Translations under genes and position numbers: made by a program
Part shown: positions 20,746-30,526 of the stretch, piece after piece
How the letters are laid out: each line of letters opens with the position of its first letter
How positions within the stretch are numbered: position 1 is the first letter of the stretch
Notes under the pieces: model-generated
Told to the model about the DNA's origin: nothing
The model's input: only the letters and a program-made list of their open reading frames with translations
The model's database searches: none
Source of the DNA: Patescibacteria group bacterium
Lineage (GTDB): Bacteria > Patescibacteriota > WWE3 > UBA101185 > 2-01-FULL-41-18
Direction of reading: 5' to 3'
DNA length: 64,000 nt
Assembly (NCBI GenBank): GCA_038064575.1
Contig: JBBTST010000012.1
Span: 32-64,031, forward strand

Positions 20746-22572
20746 ATGAAAAAGCAGAGTAAAATCCCTCATATGGAATTTAAAAGATTTTGCCAATACT
20801 TGTCTTCTCTAGAAAAAACTTCAAAAAGGCTTGAAATAGCAGAAATACTCTCACGACTCATAAAAGAATTAGATGAAAATGAAGTTGACAGAGCAATTTA
20901 TTTGACACTCGGAATGCTTGGACCTCTTTTTGCAAACCAGGAATTTGCTATTGCGGAAAAAATGCTGATCAAAATTTTAGCCCGAGCTTTTAATGAAAGA
21001 GAAGAAGTAATAACGGCCAGTTTTGAAAAAGAAGGAGACCTGGGCAATGTGGCTCAAATACTAAGTACTAAAACAAAGAATAAAAAAGTAGCTACCCACT
21101 CCGTTTTTGATCTTTATCAAAAGCTTCTTGAAATTGCCAAGATTGGAGGGTCAGGATCCCAAGAAAAGAAAATCCTTGAATTTTCTGCTCTTATAAAAAC
21201 ACTCGATCCGCTTTCTGCAAGATTTATAGTAAGAATTCCAATAGGTACCGTAAGATTAGGGTTTTCTGAGGTTACCATAATTGAAGCGCTTTCTTGGCTT
21301 GAGAAGGGTGATAAATCACTCAAATCCCAGATTGAGGCATATTACAATGTGCACCCTGACATTGGGCTTATTTCAAAACTGTTCAAAAAAGGTGGTCTAA
21401 AAGCCCTGAGGGACATTGAGCTTGAAGTTGGCGTACCTGTTTTACCCCAACTTTGTCAAAGAGTGGGAAGCTCTGAAGAAGCAATTGAAAAGCTTGCAGG
21501 AGAAGCCCAGGCAGAATACAAATTTGATGGAACTAGGGTACAACTACATGTTGATAAAAATAAAGTTGCCAAGGTTCAGGAGGACTATACATTGTTTGAT
21601 GACGGTTCAAAACAAAAAAAAGTTTTTGTGAAAACATACACCAGAAATTTGGAGGATTCCACTCATATGTTTCCAGATCTTATAAATGCCTCCTTAACAC
21701 AACTGGACTGCACTTCTGTCATACTAGATGGAGAAGCGGTAGGTTTTGACCCCAAAACAAAAAGACTGATCCCATTTCAGGAAACGTCTCAAAGAAAGAG
21801 AAAACACAACATTTCAGAAAAGGTGGCGGAAATCCCGGTTAGATATTATGTTTTTGACTTATTGTATCTAAATGGTAAGTCTTATCTTGATAAACCTCTT
21901 AAAAAAAGAAGAGAAGCCCTAGCCAAAATACTCAAAAAAAGTAATGAGATCTTAATTGATGAGGACAAGATAATTAGAACTACTCAAGAGCTTATAAACT
22001 ATTTTCAAGAAGCCAAAGAGAAAGGTTTGGAAGGAATAGTTATAAAAAAACTCGATAGCACCTATGAAGCAGGAGGAAGAGGTTTTACATGGATTAAATT
22101 CAAAAGGGAAGAGGAAGCTAGTCTAGAAGATTCTATTGACGGGGTAATTCTTGGTTATTATTTTGGGAAAGGAGCAAGGAGCGAACTTGGAATAGGGGGG
22201 TTTCTGGTAGGAGTTTATGATAAAGAGTCGGGAAACTATTTAACAGCTTGCAAAGTTGGCAGTGGCCCAACAGAAAAAGAATGGAAAAGTATAAAAAACC
22301 TGGTAGATTCAACACGCCTTAAAGAAAGACCGGAAGAATATGTTGTAAATAAAACACTGCTCTGTGACGTCTGGAGCAAACCAAAGCATGTAGTTGTTAT
22401 CAGAGCAGATGAACTCTCTATTTCGGATGTACATTCTACGGGCTATTCTTTGAGATTTCCAAGGCTAGTAAGCACAAGGGAGGATAAGAGGGCGGAAGAT
22501 ACTACCGGGCCTTTGGAATTGAAAAGGCTTTTTGAACTTCAAAAAAACAGGATTAAGCCAAAACTGTCATGA
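20746..22572 (+). CDS. lig: ATP-dependent DNA ligase
   Basis: 608 aa with the adenylation motif I EYKFDGTRVQ (KxDG), the nucleotidyltransferase motifs and a C-terminal OB domain. Confidence 0.85.
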   Translation: MKKQSKIPHMEFKRFCQYLSSLEKTSKRLEIAEILSRLIKELDENEVDRAIYLTLGMLGPLFANQEFAIAEKMLIKILARAFNEREEVITASFEKEGDLGNVAQILSTKTKNKKVATHSVFDLYQKLLEIAKIGGSGSQEKKILEFSALIKTLDPLSARFIVRIPIGTVRLGFSEVTIIEALSWLEKGDKSLKSQIEAYYNVHPDIGLISKLFKKGGLKALRDIELEVGVPVLPQLCQRVGSSEEAIEKLAGEAQAEYKFDGTRVQLHVDKNKVAKVQEDYTLFDDGSKQKKVFVKTYTRNLEDSTHMFPDLINASLTQLDCTSVILDGEAVGFDPKTKRLIPFQETSQRKRKHNISEKVAEIPVRYYVFDLLYLNGKSYLDKPLKKRREALAKILKKSNEILIDEDKIIRTTQELINYFQEAKEKGLEGIVIKKLDSTYEAGGRGFTWIKFKREEEASLEDSIDGVILGYYFGKGARSELGIGGFLVGVYDKESGNYLTACKVGSGPTEKEWKSIKNLVDSTRLKERPEEYVVNKTLLCDVWSKPKHVVVIRADELSISDVHSTGYSLRFPRLVSTREDKRAEDTTGPLELKRLFELQKNRIKPKLS

Positions 22573-22856
22573 AAAGTATAAAACAAATTCTTGAAGAGAA
22601 GGGAATAAATCGTAATTATAGAAATAGCTTTGAACATCAAGCCTATGGAAATGCTTTGGCTGAAGAGCTGGGCGACCTAAAACACAGAGCACTGTATATC
22701 AAATATGCTAAAACTGTTGATAGAAGGCTCCTTGAAATAGCAAGAGAGTTTATAAGGGGGGTGGAAAAATTAAAAAGCGGCAGCAAGGCCAGGCTCTTTA
22801 TGTGGAAACTCAAAACTTTGAAAGATGGAAAAATAAAGAATAAACCTGTGAACTAG
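22569..22856 (+). CDS. hypothetical small basic protein
   Basis: 95 aa ORF overlapping the ligase stop by 4 nt (ATGA coupling), Lys/Arg-rich. Confidence 0.45.
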   Translation: MKSIKQILEEKGINRNYRNSFEHQAYGNALAEELGDLKHRALYIKYAKTVDRRLLEIAREFIRGVEKLKSGSKARLFMWKLKTLKDGKIKNKPVN

Positions 22857-22906
22857 CCCAATATAGGTATTAACTTTTTTCAAATAAGTGCTATTCTTAG
22901 TAGTAG

Positions 22907-23464
22907 ATGAGTCTTTTCAAAAAGATTTTGACTACATATAAGGTAAATTTTGTTATATCTTCCACTTTAGCGGGTGTGCTGATTCTTCTTTCTCCTCAAA
23001 AAGACGTGCTTAGTATACTTGGAATTGTTTTTGGGGTATTTGTGGGGACTTTTATTCTTGACGCTGAGTTTTTCACCTACTCTTATGTCACAAACCCTAC
23101 AGAGGAGTTTTCTCAAGGCTTAAGAGCCTTGATGGGCCAAAAAAATTACGCCGGAGCGTTAGCATATATCAGAACAAACAGACAAAATGTTGATGGGAGC
23201 ATGACAAGAAGCGTTGTATTTCAGATTGTTCTGTTTATGCTGTCTTTATACGTGATAATGACTCTTGAAAACTCTTTCAGCCTGGCCTTTGTGCTCTCAG
23301 CCTTCATTGAGTCGGTTTATCAGATGTTTGAAGACTTTTCACAAAAGGGAAGCGCAGCAAGTTGGTTTTGGCTTTTCAAAGAATGCCCCTCAAAAAAAGC
23401 TCAAAATATCTATCTTTACGCACTTTGCGGGAGCATTGTCTTCATTCTTGCCCTTCTGTCCTAA
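22907..23464 (+). CDS. hypothetical integral membrane protein
   Basis: 185 aa with 4-5 predicted TM helices. Confidence 0.5.
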   Translation: MSLFKKILTTYKVNFVISSTLAGVLILLSPQKDVLSILGIVFGVFVGTFILDAEFFTYSYVTNPTEEFSQGLRALMGQKNYAGALAYIRTNRQNVDGSMTRSVVFQIVLFMLSLYVIMTLENSFSLAFVLSAFIESVYQMFEDFSQKGSAASWFWLFKECPSKKAQNIYLYALCGSIVFILALLS

Positions 23465-23490
23465 ACTTACTGCCAAAACTGTAAAAATGT

Positions 23491-24264
23491 ATGTATGGAA
23501 TTGTAGTCACACTAGGAATACTTATAAGTCTTTGGCTTTGTGAAAAAGACTGGCAGGAAATTGATAAAAATCCTGAAGAAATGTGGGATTTAACCCTGAT
23601 AATGATAGTTTTTGGGATAGTAGGTGCCAGAATTTTCCATGTAATTGACTATTGGGAGATATATAGTGGCGATTACAAGTTAATCTTTGAGCTTTGGAAT
23701 GGCGGGCTTGGGATATTTGGGGCCGTAGTTGGCGGTCTTTTAGGTTTAGTAGTCTTTTCAATACTCAACAGATACACCTTTCAGAAAGTTTTAAAAATAT
23801 TGGACATTGTAGCTTATGGTCTTCCCTTAGCACAATTTATTGGGAGATGGGCAAACTACTTTAATAACGAACTTTATGGAAAACCTACTAACCTCCCCTG
23901 GAAAGTTTATATTCCAATTCAAAATAGGCCCATAGAGTATCTTGGAGAAAATTTCTTTCATCCATTATTTTTATATGAATCGTTGGCTTGTTTATTGCTT
24001 TTCTTTTTTATCTATTCAGTTAAGCATAAAGTACTCTTAAAAAACACAAATTTTATTGACGGTGATTTATTTTTAATGTATGTTTCCTACTACGGGTTAT
24101 TACGATACTTCCTTGAAGGGCTTAGGATAGTTCATTTTGAGATAGGAGCTTTCAATGTAGTTCAAGTATTATCTATTGGATTTGCAGGTTTATCACTTAT
24201 AGCCCTTTTGTATAGAAGATTTAGAAAGAAAGCTTATGGAACAAAGAGAATTAAAGCTACCTAA
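23491..24264 (+). CDS. lgt: prolipoprotein diacylglyceryl transferase
   Basis: 257 aa with Lgt signatures GARIFHVID, GGLGIFGAVVGG and GRWANYFNNELYGKPTNLPW. Confidence 0.85.
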   Translation: MYGIVVTLGILISLWLCEKDWQEIDKNPEEMWDLTLIMIVFGIVGARIFHVIDYWEIYSGDYKLIFELWNGGLGIFGAVVGGLLGLVVFSILNRYTFQKVLKILDIVAYGLPLAQFIGRWANYFNNELYGKPTNLPWKVYIPIQNRPIEYLGENFFHPLFLYESLACLLLFFFIYSVKHKVLLKNTNFIDGDLFLMYVSYYGLLRYFLEGLRIVHFEIGAFNVVQVLSIGFAGLSLIALLYRRFRKKAYGTKRIKAT

Positions 24265-24967
24265 TGCCATTTTTGCTGTAGGGGTTTTACTATCGGCCTC
24301 AATTATTTTACACGCTGTAATAATCAAGGGAAGCGTGGAGCTTCCAACTTTGAAGAAGGCTACCACTGAAAAACAAAACGTGATTGCTCCCACTGATACG
24401 GTAAATGTGGGTGAAAACACACCTACTGTACCGGCAACTATTGATGATGACCCTATTCTTGGAAACAAAGATGCCAAAGTCACTATTATTGAATTTTCTG
24501 ACTTCCAATGTCCTTTTTGTAAAAGACTTTTTGATGCGGCGGTGGTGAACATTAAAAAAGACTATATAGATACGGGAAAAGCAAGATTGGTGTTTAGAGA
24601 TTTTCCTCTTTCCTTTCATCCCAACGCTGAAATTTCTGCTATAGCTGGGGAATGTGCAGACGAACAGGGAAAATTTTGGAATTTCCATGATATGCTCTTT
24701 ACAAAACAGGACGATTGGTCTCCCCTTCCAAAAGATGATGCGAAGTCAAAATTTGGTGAGTATGCACAAAGTCTTGGCATGAATGTTGGAAGCTTTAATA
24801 ATTGTGTTTCTAGTGAAAAATATAAGGACGAGGTTCAAAAAGATTCGAATGATGGCAGTGCTTCCGGAGTTAGTGGAACACCAACTCTATTTATTAACGG
24901 CAAGACTATAGTTGGAGCACAACCTTATGAAACAATTAAAGCTGCCATTGAAGAAGCTTTAAAGTAA
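24236..24967 (+). CDS. DsbA-family thiol:disulfide oxidoreductase (membrane-anchored)
   Basis: 243 aa with an N-terminal TM helix and a thioredoxin-fold CxxC (FSDFQCPFCKRLF) in DsbA-like context. Confidence 0.75.
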   Translation: MEQRELKLPNAIFAVGVLLSASIILHAVIIKGSVELPTLKKATTEKQNVIAPTDTVNVGENTPTVPATIDDDPILGNKDAKVTIIEFSDFQCPFCKRLFDAAVVNIKKDYIDTGKARLVFRDFPLSFHPNAEISAIAGECADEQGKFWNFHDMLFTKQDDWSPLPKDDAKSKFGEYAQSLGMNVGSFNNCVSSEKYKDEVQKDSNDGSASGVSGTPTLFINGKTIVGAQPYETIKAAIEEALK

Positions 24968-25354
24968 ATGACTGATAAAAGACAGCTTGCTACTCTTTTA
25001 ATAGCAGTATTAGGACTTGTAGTTTCCTTGTACTTAACTTTTGTGAAGTTGACCAATTCTCCTATTGTTTGTGGGTTTGGAAGTTGTGAAGTAGTTCAGG
25101 CAAGCCCTTATGCAAACTTTCTGGGGATTCCTATTGCTTTCTTGGGAGTTTCTTTCTATCTTATCCTTTTCATTTTGGCTTACTACCAAAATACAAAAAT
25201 ACTTAAATCCTGGACGCTGCTTGGCCTATTATTCTCAGTATACTTAACCGGAATTGAAGTATTTGTAATCAAGGCTATTTGTTTTTGGTGTGTAATATCA
25301 GCCTTACTTGCAACAAGTGCTTTCCTGTTAGCAACTTCTTTGAAAGAAGCTTAA
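24968..25354 (+). CDS. vitamin K epoxide reductase (VKOR) family protein
   Basis: 128 aa, 4 TM, with a loop Cys pair (CGFGSC) and an intramembrane CFWC, immediately downstream of dsbA. Confidence 0.65.
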   Translation: MTDKRQLATLLIAVLGLVVSLYLTFVKLTNSPIVCGFGSCEVVQASPYANFLGIPIAFLGVSFYLILFILAYYQNTKILKSWTLLGLLFSVYLTGIEVFVIKAICFWCVISALLATSAFLLATSLKEA

Positions 25355-25375
25355 AAGCTTTGTATTATAACTAAT

Positions 25376-25825
25376 ATGAAAGTTTACATCTCTTCCGACC
25401 ACGGCGGTTTTAATCTTAAGAATTTAATTTTTAAATATCTTAGAAACAAAGGCTATGACATTATAGATTTAGGTCCCAAAGAGTTAAATCCAACTGACGA
25501 TTTTCCTATTTTCACAAAACCTGTAGCAGAAGAAGTTTCAAAAGATGTTAACTCCAAAGGCATTGTCATTTGCAGAAATGGTGTGGGAGTTTCAATTGCA
25601 GCCAATAAAATAGACGGGATAAGATGTGCGCTGTCATTCAATCAAAAACATGCTGCTTCAACTAGAAAAGATGATGACACAAATATGCTCGCTCTTCCTG
25701 CTGATTACTTAAGCCATGAGGATGCTTTGAGAATTATTGATACTTGGTTAACAACACCCTTCTCACAAGAAGAGCGCTTTGAAAGACGTATAGAAGAAAT
25801 AAAGAAGTTAGAGAAGGAAAGCTGA
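25376..25825 (+). CDS. rpiB: ribose-5-phosphate isomerase B
   Basis: 149 aa, RpiB/LacAB family (SDHGG...ICRNGVGVSIAANK). Confidence 0.85.
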   Translation: MKVYISSDHGGFNLKNLIFKYLRNKGYDIIDLGPKELNPTDDFPIFTKPVAEEVSKDVNSKGIVICRNGVGVSIAANKIDGIRCALSFNQKHAASTRKDDDTNMLALPADYLSHEDALRIIDTWLTTPFSQEERFERRIEEIKKLEKES

Positions 25826-25826
25826 A

Positions 25827-26492
25827 GTGCAAAGTTCTATTGAGGAGAAAAAAGTTAAAATAATTCCCGGGATTTTAGTAAGTGACCTGGAAACCATTAA
25901 GAAGCGTATTGCAATGGTTGATAGTTATGCTTACAAAATCCAAATAGATGTTGAAGATGGCTCTTTCACACAAAATACCACTTATACCAATATTAAGGAA
26001 ATTGAAAATGTTGTCTCAAAAACTCCTCTTGAGCTTCATCTAATGGTTCAAAATCCAAGAAGATTTCTTCCCACAAAACTTATACCTGTTAATAAGGTAC
26101 TAGTTCATGTTGAGGCAAGTCTTTTTGAAAGAGATGTATTGGAAGAAATAAGAGACAGAGGTTTTGAAACAGGCCTGGCAGTTAACCCTGAAACTATGCT
26201 TTATGAAATTGAACCCTTCTTGGAAATATGCGGTTGTGTTCAGTTTATGACCATTCACCCGGGCTTCTCAGGAGATAAGCTCCTGCCTAAAGTTCTTGAA
26301 AAGATCAAAGAATTTAGTCTGATGTATCCTGATATACCAATAGAGGTAGACGGAGGAATACACAAAGAAAATATTCTTGAAGTTGTAAAATCCGGTGCTA
26401 CACTTCTTGAAGTCAATAGTGCAGTTTTTGGTAATGACAGAAATCCTTTGGAAAACATAAAGGAGTTAGAGCTGCTTTGCAAAAATTTATGA
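25827..26492 (+). CDS. rpe: ribulose-phosphate 3-epimerase
   Basis: 221 aa with a TIM-barrel Rpe pattern (IQIDVEDG, HLMV, MTIHPGFSG, EVDGGI). Confidence 0.8.
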   Translation: MQSSIEEKKVKIIPGILVSDLETIKKRIAMVDSYAYKIQIDVEDGSFTQNTTYTNIKEIENVVSKTPLELHLMVQNPRRFLPTKLIPVNKVLVHVEASLFERDVLEEIRDRGFETGLAVNPETMLYEIEPFLEICGCVQFMTIHPGFSGDKLLPKVLEKIKEFSLMYPDIPIEVDGGIHKENILEVVKSGATLLEVNSAVFGNDRNPLENIKELELLCKNL

Positions 26493-27070
26493 TAATCAAA
26501 ACAATCACAATTTTAGGAGGTGCTGAATGGAAAGAAGATGAGGCTGTTTATAAAGAGACTTTTACAGTCTGTAAGGCTCTTGCTCTGAGCGGCTACAAAA
26601 TTTGCAATGGGGGTGGCCCCGGGGTAATGAGGGCAGCAACAGAAGGGGCTCACGAAGGCGGCGGGAAAGTGATTGGAGTTACTATGCACCCAAAGTATCA
26701 CCACCCTCACTTTGAGGGGCGGGATCCAGACAATAACTTTGATGAGGAGGTAGACTGCGGCGGGGACTATTTTGATAGGACTAAAAGACTTCTGCAGCTT
26801 GGCGATGTCCACATGGTTTTTAAAGGGGGAACGGGAACAATCAGCGAGTTTGGCATGAGTTGGGCCGTGTCAAGAATTCATGAAGGGCACAATAAACCAA
26901 TGCTTCTTTACGGAAATTTCTGGAAAGACATTATTGAGGCCTTCAAAACTCATATGTATATGAGGCCGGATGAATTCAAACTTTATAAAATTGCTACCAG
27001 TTCTGAAGAAGTTTTGCATTTTGTCAAAGATCTGGAAAGTCTTGAATCCCCGTTTCCAGTTCCACAATAA
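26477..27070 (+). CDS. LOG family protein (TIGR00730 Rossmann-fold; cytokinin riboside 5'-monophosphate phosphoribohydrolase-like)
   Basis: GGGPGVMRAATEGAHEGGGKVIGV followed by a PGGxGTxxE-like motif. TTG start at 26477 has AGGAG 11 nt upstream. An alternative ATG at 26489 overlaps the rpe stop (ATGA). Confidence 0.75.
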   Translation: MQKFMIIKTITILGGAEWKEDEAVYKETFTVCKALALSGYKICNGGGPGVMRAATEGAHEGGGKVIGVTMHPKYHHPHFEGRDPDNNFDEEVDCGGDYFDRTKRLLQLGDVHMVFKGGTGTISEFGMSWAVSRIHEGHNKPMLLYGNFWKDIIEAFKTHMYMRPDEFKLYKIATSSEEVLHFVKDLESLESPFPVPQ

Positions 27071-27112
27071 CAATTATTGAGTTTCAAGCTTCTTTCTTTT
27101 ATACTTTGCTTA

Positions 27113-27973
27113 ATGTCCGAACAAAGCAATCTTACTCTTAACCTTGAAAAAACAGCAGATGAAATTCGCCAGTCTGTTATAAAAATGCTTGTTGAAGCAA
27201 AATCGGGGCATGTTGCAGGGCCTTTAGATATGGCTGATGTTTTTACAGCCTTATACTTTCACATTTTAAATATTGATCCGGAAAACCCTCTTAAAGCAGA
27301 TAGAGACCGAGTGATGCTCTCAAACGGACATATTTGTCCGGTCTGGTACGCAACACTGGCTCATAGAGGTTTCCTCCCACTAAGCGAACTCTCAACTTTG
27401 AGAAAGCTTGGCACAAGGCTGCAGGGTCACCCCCATATTTATGAACCCCCGGGAATAGATGCGTCGGCGGGTCCTCTGGGTCAAGGGTTATCACAAGCTA
27501 TTGGCATGGCTCTTGCTTATAGAATGGACGGGCTTAACCACGCCAGAATCTACTGTCTTGGCTCAGACGCAGAAATTCAAGAAGGTCAGATCTGGGAAGC
27601 AGCTATGTTTGCGGGAAATAAAAGACTGAATAACCTGACATGGATTATTGACAGGAATAATATTCAAATAGACGGTTTTACAGAAAACATTATGCCCATA
27701 GAACCCCTAAGAGATAAACTAGAGGCTTTTAATTGGTATGTTCTGGAAATTGACGGGCATAATTTTGATGAAATAATAGCCTCATGTAACCACGCAAAAG
27801 CAATTTATGAGCGCCCCACTGTTATTATTGCACACACAATTGCCGGAAAAGGTGTTGACTTTATGGAATATAAATTTGAGTGGCACTCCAAAACGTTTAA
27901 GCCCGGGGAAGCTGAAAAGGCTCTTGATGAGTTAAGAACATTACAGGGTAAAATTGCAAGCGAGCATCAGTAA
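27113..27973 (+). CDS. transketolase, N-terminal subunit
   Basis: Thiamine-diphosphate binding region (GHxAGPLDMADVFTALYF...GSDAEIQEGQIWEAAMFAG). ATG at 27113 is preferred over the TTG at 27077. Confidence 0.85.
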   Translation: MSEQSNLTLNLEKTADEIRQSVIKMLVEAKSGHVAGPLDMADVFTALYFHILNIDPENPLKADRDRVMLSNGHICPVWYATLAHRGFLPLSELSTLRKLGTRLQGHPHIYEPPGIDASAGPLGQGLSQAIGMALAYRMDGLNHARIYCLGSDAEIQEGQIWEAAMFAGNKRLNNLTWIIDRNNIQIDGFTENIMPIEPLRDKLEAFNWYVLEIDGHNFDEIIASCNHAKAIYERPTVIIAHTIAGKGVDFMEYKFEWHSKTFKPGEAEKALDELRTLQGKIASEHQ

Positions 27974-27991
27974 TTTTTTAAAAAGGAGGCT

Positions 27992-28528
27992 TTGACTATG
28001 ACACAAAAAACTAAACATAACAGCGGGAATATTTTAATATTTGTAATTCTTGGGATTATTGCACTACTTATAGGTTTAAAGTTTTTTGGCCCAAAACTTG
28101 GGTTAAAGCTTTTTAAAGAAAACGATAACTCCATTGAATACTCCCATGTTGAGGGCTTTCCAAAAGTGATAAAGGTAAATGAGGATGTAAACAAAACAAG
28201 GCTTGTGATAACTGACGAGCAAAAGTTAAAAGAAGCCTTAGCTGCCATAGACAAAAACGGTGAAATAAAATTTCCTAAAATAAACTTTGAGAGAAAAATG
28301 GCTCTTCTTGTTACCTCCAAAACCAGACAAGGCGGGGGTTATGAGACACGAATCAAGAAAATAGTACAGGACAAGGATGACCTTGTTGTGGAAATCAGAG
28401 ATACTGAGCCCGGAGACACCTGTATAAATACTGAAGAGCTTAATCTGCCTGTGGATCTGGTGCTACTGGATAAGACTGATCTTACAATTGAGTTTCAGGT
28501 TAGAACTTATACAAAGGAGTGTAACTAA
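27992..28528 (+). CDS. hypothetical membrane-anchored protein inserted between transketolase subunit genes
   Basis: 178 aa with an N-terminal TM helix, preceded by AAGGAGG. No family recognised. Confidence 0.5.
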   Translation: MTMTQKTKHNSGNILIFVILGIIALLIGLKFFGPKLGLKLFKENDNSIEYSHVEGFPKVIKVNEDVNKTRLVITDEQKLKEALAAIDKNGEIKFPKINFERKMALLVTSKTRQGGGYETRIKKIVQDKDDLVVEIRDTEPGDTCINTEELNLPVDLVLLDKTDLTIEFQVRTYTKECN

Positions 28529-28536
28529 AACAGTAT

Positions 28537-29505
28537 ATGAATCTAGTAGAAAGTTTGTTCAGCCCAGATATTAAACAACTTCCCAATCGAGACGGTTTTG
28601 GGGAAGGTTTACTAATAGCTGGTGAGGAAGATCCAAATGTAGTAGCTCTTTCCGGAGATCTGACTGAATCAACAAGGCTTGATGGCTTTGCTAAGAAATT
28701 CCCAGATAGGTTTTTTGAGGTAGGAGTTGCCGAGCAAAACATGATGGGCATATCTGCAGGACTGGCAATCTGCGGTAAAGTTCCCTTTTTGACCTCTTAT
28801 GCTGTTTTTATGCCGGGCCGAAATTGGGATCAACTAAGAGTGTCTGTCTGCTATTCAAAGGCAAATGTTAAGATAATAGGCGCACATGCGGGAATTTCCG
28901 TTGGTCCGGATGGAGCAACACACCAGGGACTGGAAGATATGGCAATCACTCGTGTTCTCCCTAACTTGGTAGTTCTAGCGCCTTGCGATTCTGTTGAGGC
29001 AAGAAAAGCAACTCTTGCAGCAGCTAAACACAAAGGACCGGTTTATATAAGACTAGCCAGAGAAAAAACCCCAGTTTTTACAACAGATGAAACCCCTTTT
29101 GAGATTGGTAAAGCTCAGGTTTTAAGAGAGGGAAATGCTTTAACAATAATTGCCTGTGGACCACTTGTATATGAGGCTTTAAAAGCTGCTAATGAACTGC
29201 ACATTGACAAAAATATCAGCTGTGAGGTTGTGAATTGCCCAAGTATTAAGCCTCTTGACAGTCATACTATCATTACCTCCGCTAAAAAAACTAACGCCGT
29301 GATAACAGTGGAGGAGCATCAGATAACAGGAGGGCTTGGCTCCGCAATTTCAGAACTTCTTTCAGAGGAGCACCCTGTCAAAATCAAAAGAATAGGAATG
29401 CCTGACACTTTTGGTGAGTCAGGCCAACCCAACGAGCTTTTAGAAAAATATGGCATGAGTAGTAATCACATTAAGATTGCTGTTAGGAATCTTTTAGGAA
29501 AATAG
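28537..29505 (+). CDS. transketolase, C-terminal subunit
   Basis: 322 aa with the pyrimidine-binding and C-terminal domains of split transketolase (GVAEQNMMGISAGLA...). Confidence 0.85.
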   Translation: MNLVESLFSPDIKQLPNRDGFGEGLLIAGEEDPNVVALSGDLTESTRLDGFAKKFPDRFFEVGVAEQNMMGISAGLAICGKVPFLTSYAVFMPGRNWDQLRVSVCYSKANVKIIGAHAGISVGPDGATHQGLEDMAITRVLPNLVVLAPCDSVEARKATLAAAKHKGPVYIRLAREKTPVFTTDETPFEIGKAQVLREGNALTIIACGPLVYEALKAANELHIDKNISCEVVNCPSIKPLDSHTIITSAKKTNAVITVEEHQITGGLGSAISELLSEEHPVKIKRIGMPDTFGESGQPNELLEKYGMSSNHIKIAVRNLLGK

Positions 29506-29508
29506 AGT

Positions 29509-30495
29509 ATGTATGATCTCATATCTGTAGGTGACAGTGTAGTTGACGCCTTCATGTTCATAAGCGAGGCTGAGGTTTTGTGCAATTTAAACAAGGACGA
29601 TTGTAGGTTTTGTGTAAGTTATGCTGATAAAGTTCCCGTGGATAAGTTTTTCCTTTGTACGGCGGGTAATGCCTGCAATAACGCAGTTGGGTCTGCAAGA
29701 CTTGGCTTGAAAACTGCAATCTACACTGAGATTGGCAATGACAACAACGGAAAAATGATTGTGGATACTTTTAAAAAAGAGGGGGTGGGCCTTGATTTTG
29801 TCAACTTAGATAAAAACGGAACCACCAATTTACACGCCGTAATTTCTTATGGGGGGGAAAGAACAATCTTTGTTTACCATGCACCTAGAAACTACAAAAT
29901 GCCTCTTATTGACACGCCTCCAAAATGGATCTACTACACTTCTTTATCACAAGGCTTTGACCATTTTCAGGCAGAACTTGTGGTGTATTTAAAAGCCAAC
30001 CCATCAATAAAGCTTGGATTTAATCCCGCAACTTATCACTTAAAAGCCGGCCTTACAGCCATTAAAGATGTAATAGCAAGAACAGACGTTTTATTTGTAA
30101 ATAAAGAAGAAGCAAAAAGACTTTTAGGAATAGACCTTAAAGAAAATGTGCCCATTAGAAACTTACATTTGAAATTACGTGATCTCCAAGCAAAAATAAC
30201 ATCCATCAGCGATGGGCCAAATGGTTCAACAGTCTATGATGGAAATAAATTTTATCAACTTGGTTTATACGATGTTCCAATAGTAGATAGAACAGGTGTT
30301 GGCGATGCTTTTGCAACAGGTTTCATTGCCGCGCTTTTTTATGGCAGAAGTGTTGAAGAGGCAATGAAATGGGGTACATTAAATTCCGCAGGAAAGATCC
30401 AAAAGATAGGTCCTCAGGACGGCTTGCAAACAAAAGAGCAGATTGAAGAAATTTTAAAATCCAATCCTGTTTTTACCCCGACTAACTTACTTTAA
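29509..30495 (+). CDS. PfkB-family carbohydrate kinase
   Basis: 328 aa with the ribokinase/PfkB signature DRTGVGDAFATGFIAAL near the C-terminus. Confidence 0.8.
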   Translation: MYDLISVGDSVVDAFMFISEAEVLCNLNKDDCRFCVSYADKVPVDKFFLCTAGNACNNAVGSARLGLKTAIYTEIGNDNNGKMIVDTFKKEGVGLDFVNLDKNGTTNLHAVISYGGERTIFVYHAPRNYKMPLIDTPPKWIYYTSLSQGFDHFQAELVVYLKANPSIKLGFNPATYHLKAGLTAIKDVIARTDVLFVNKEEAKRLLGIDLKENVPIRNLHLKLRDLQAKITSISDGPNGSTVYDGNKFYQLGLYDVPIVDRTGVGDAFATGFIAALFYGRSVEEAMKWGTLNSAGKIQKIGPQDGLQTKEQIEEILKSNPVFTPTNLL

Positions 30496-30526
30496 TCACA
30501 ACTAGCAGAATGTTAAACTAAAGCAT

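Noticed and set aside
27077-27112. TTG start at 27077 for transketolase N-subunit (adds MSFKLLSFILCL)
   Set aside because: The extension is hydrophobic and non-conserved. The ATG at 27113 gives the N-terminus usual for transketolase and leaves a normal intergenic spacer after the LOG gene stop at 27070.
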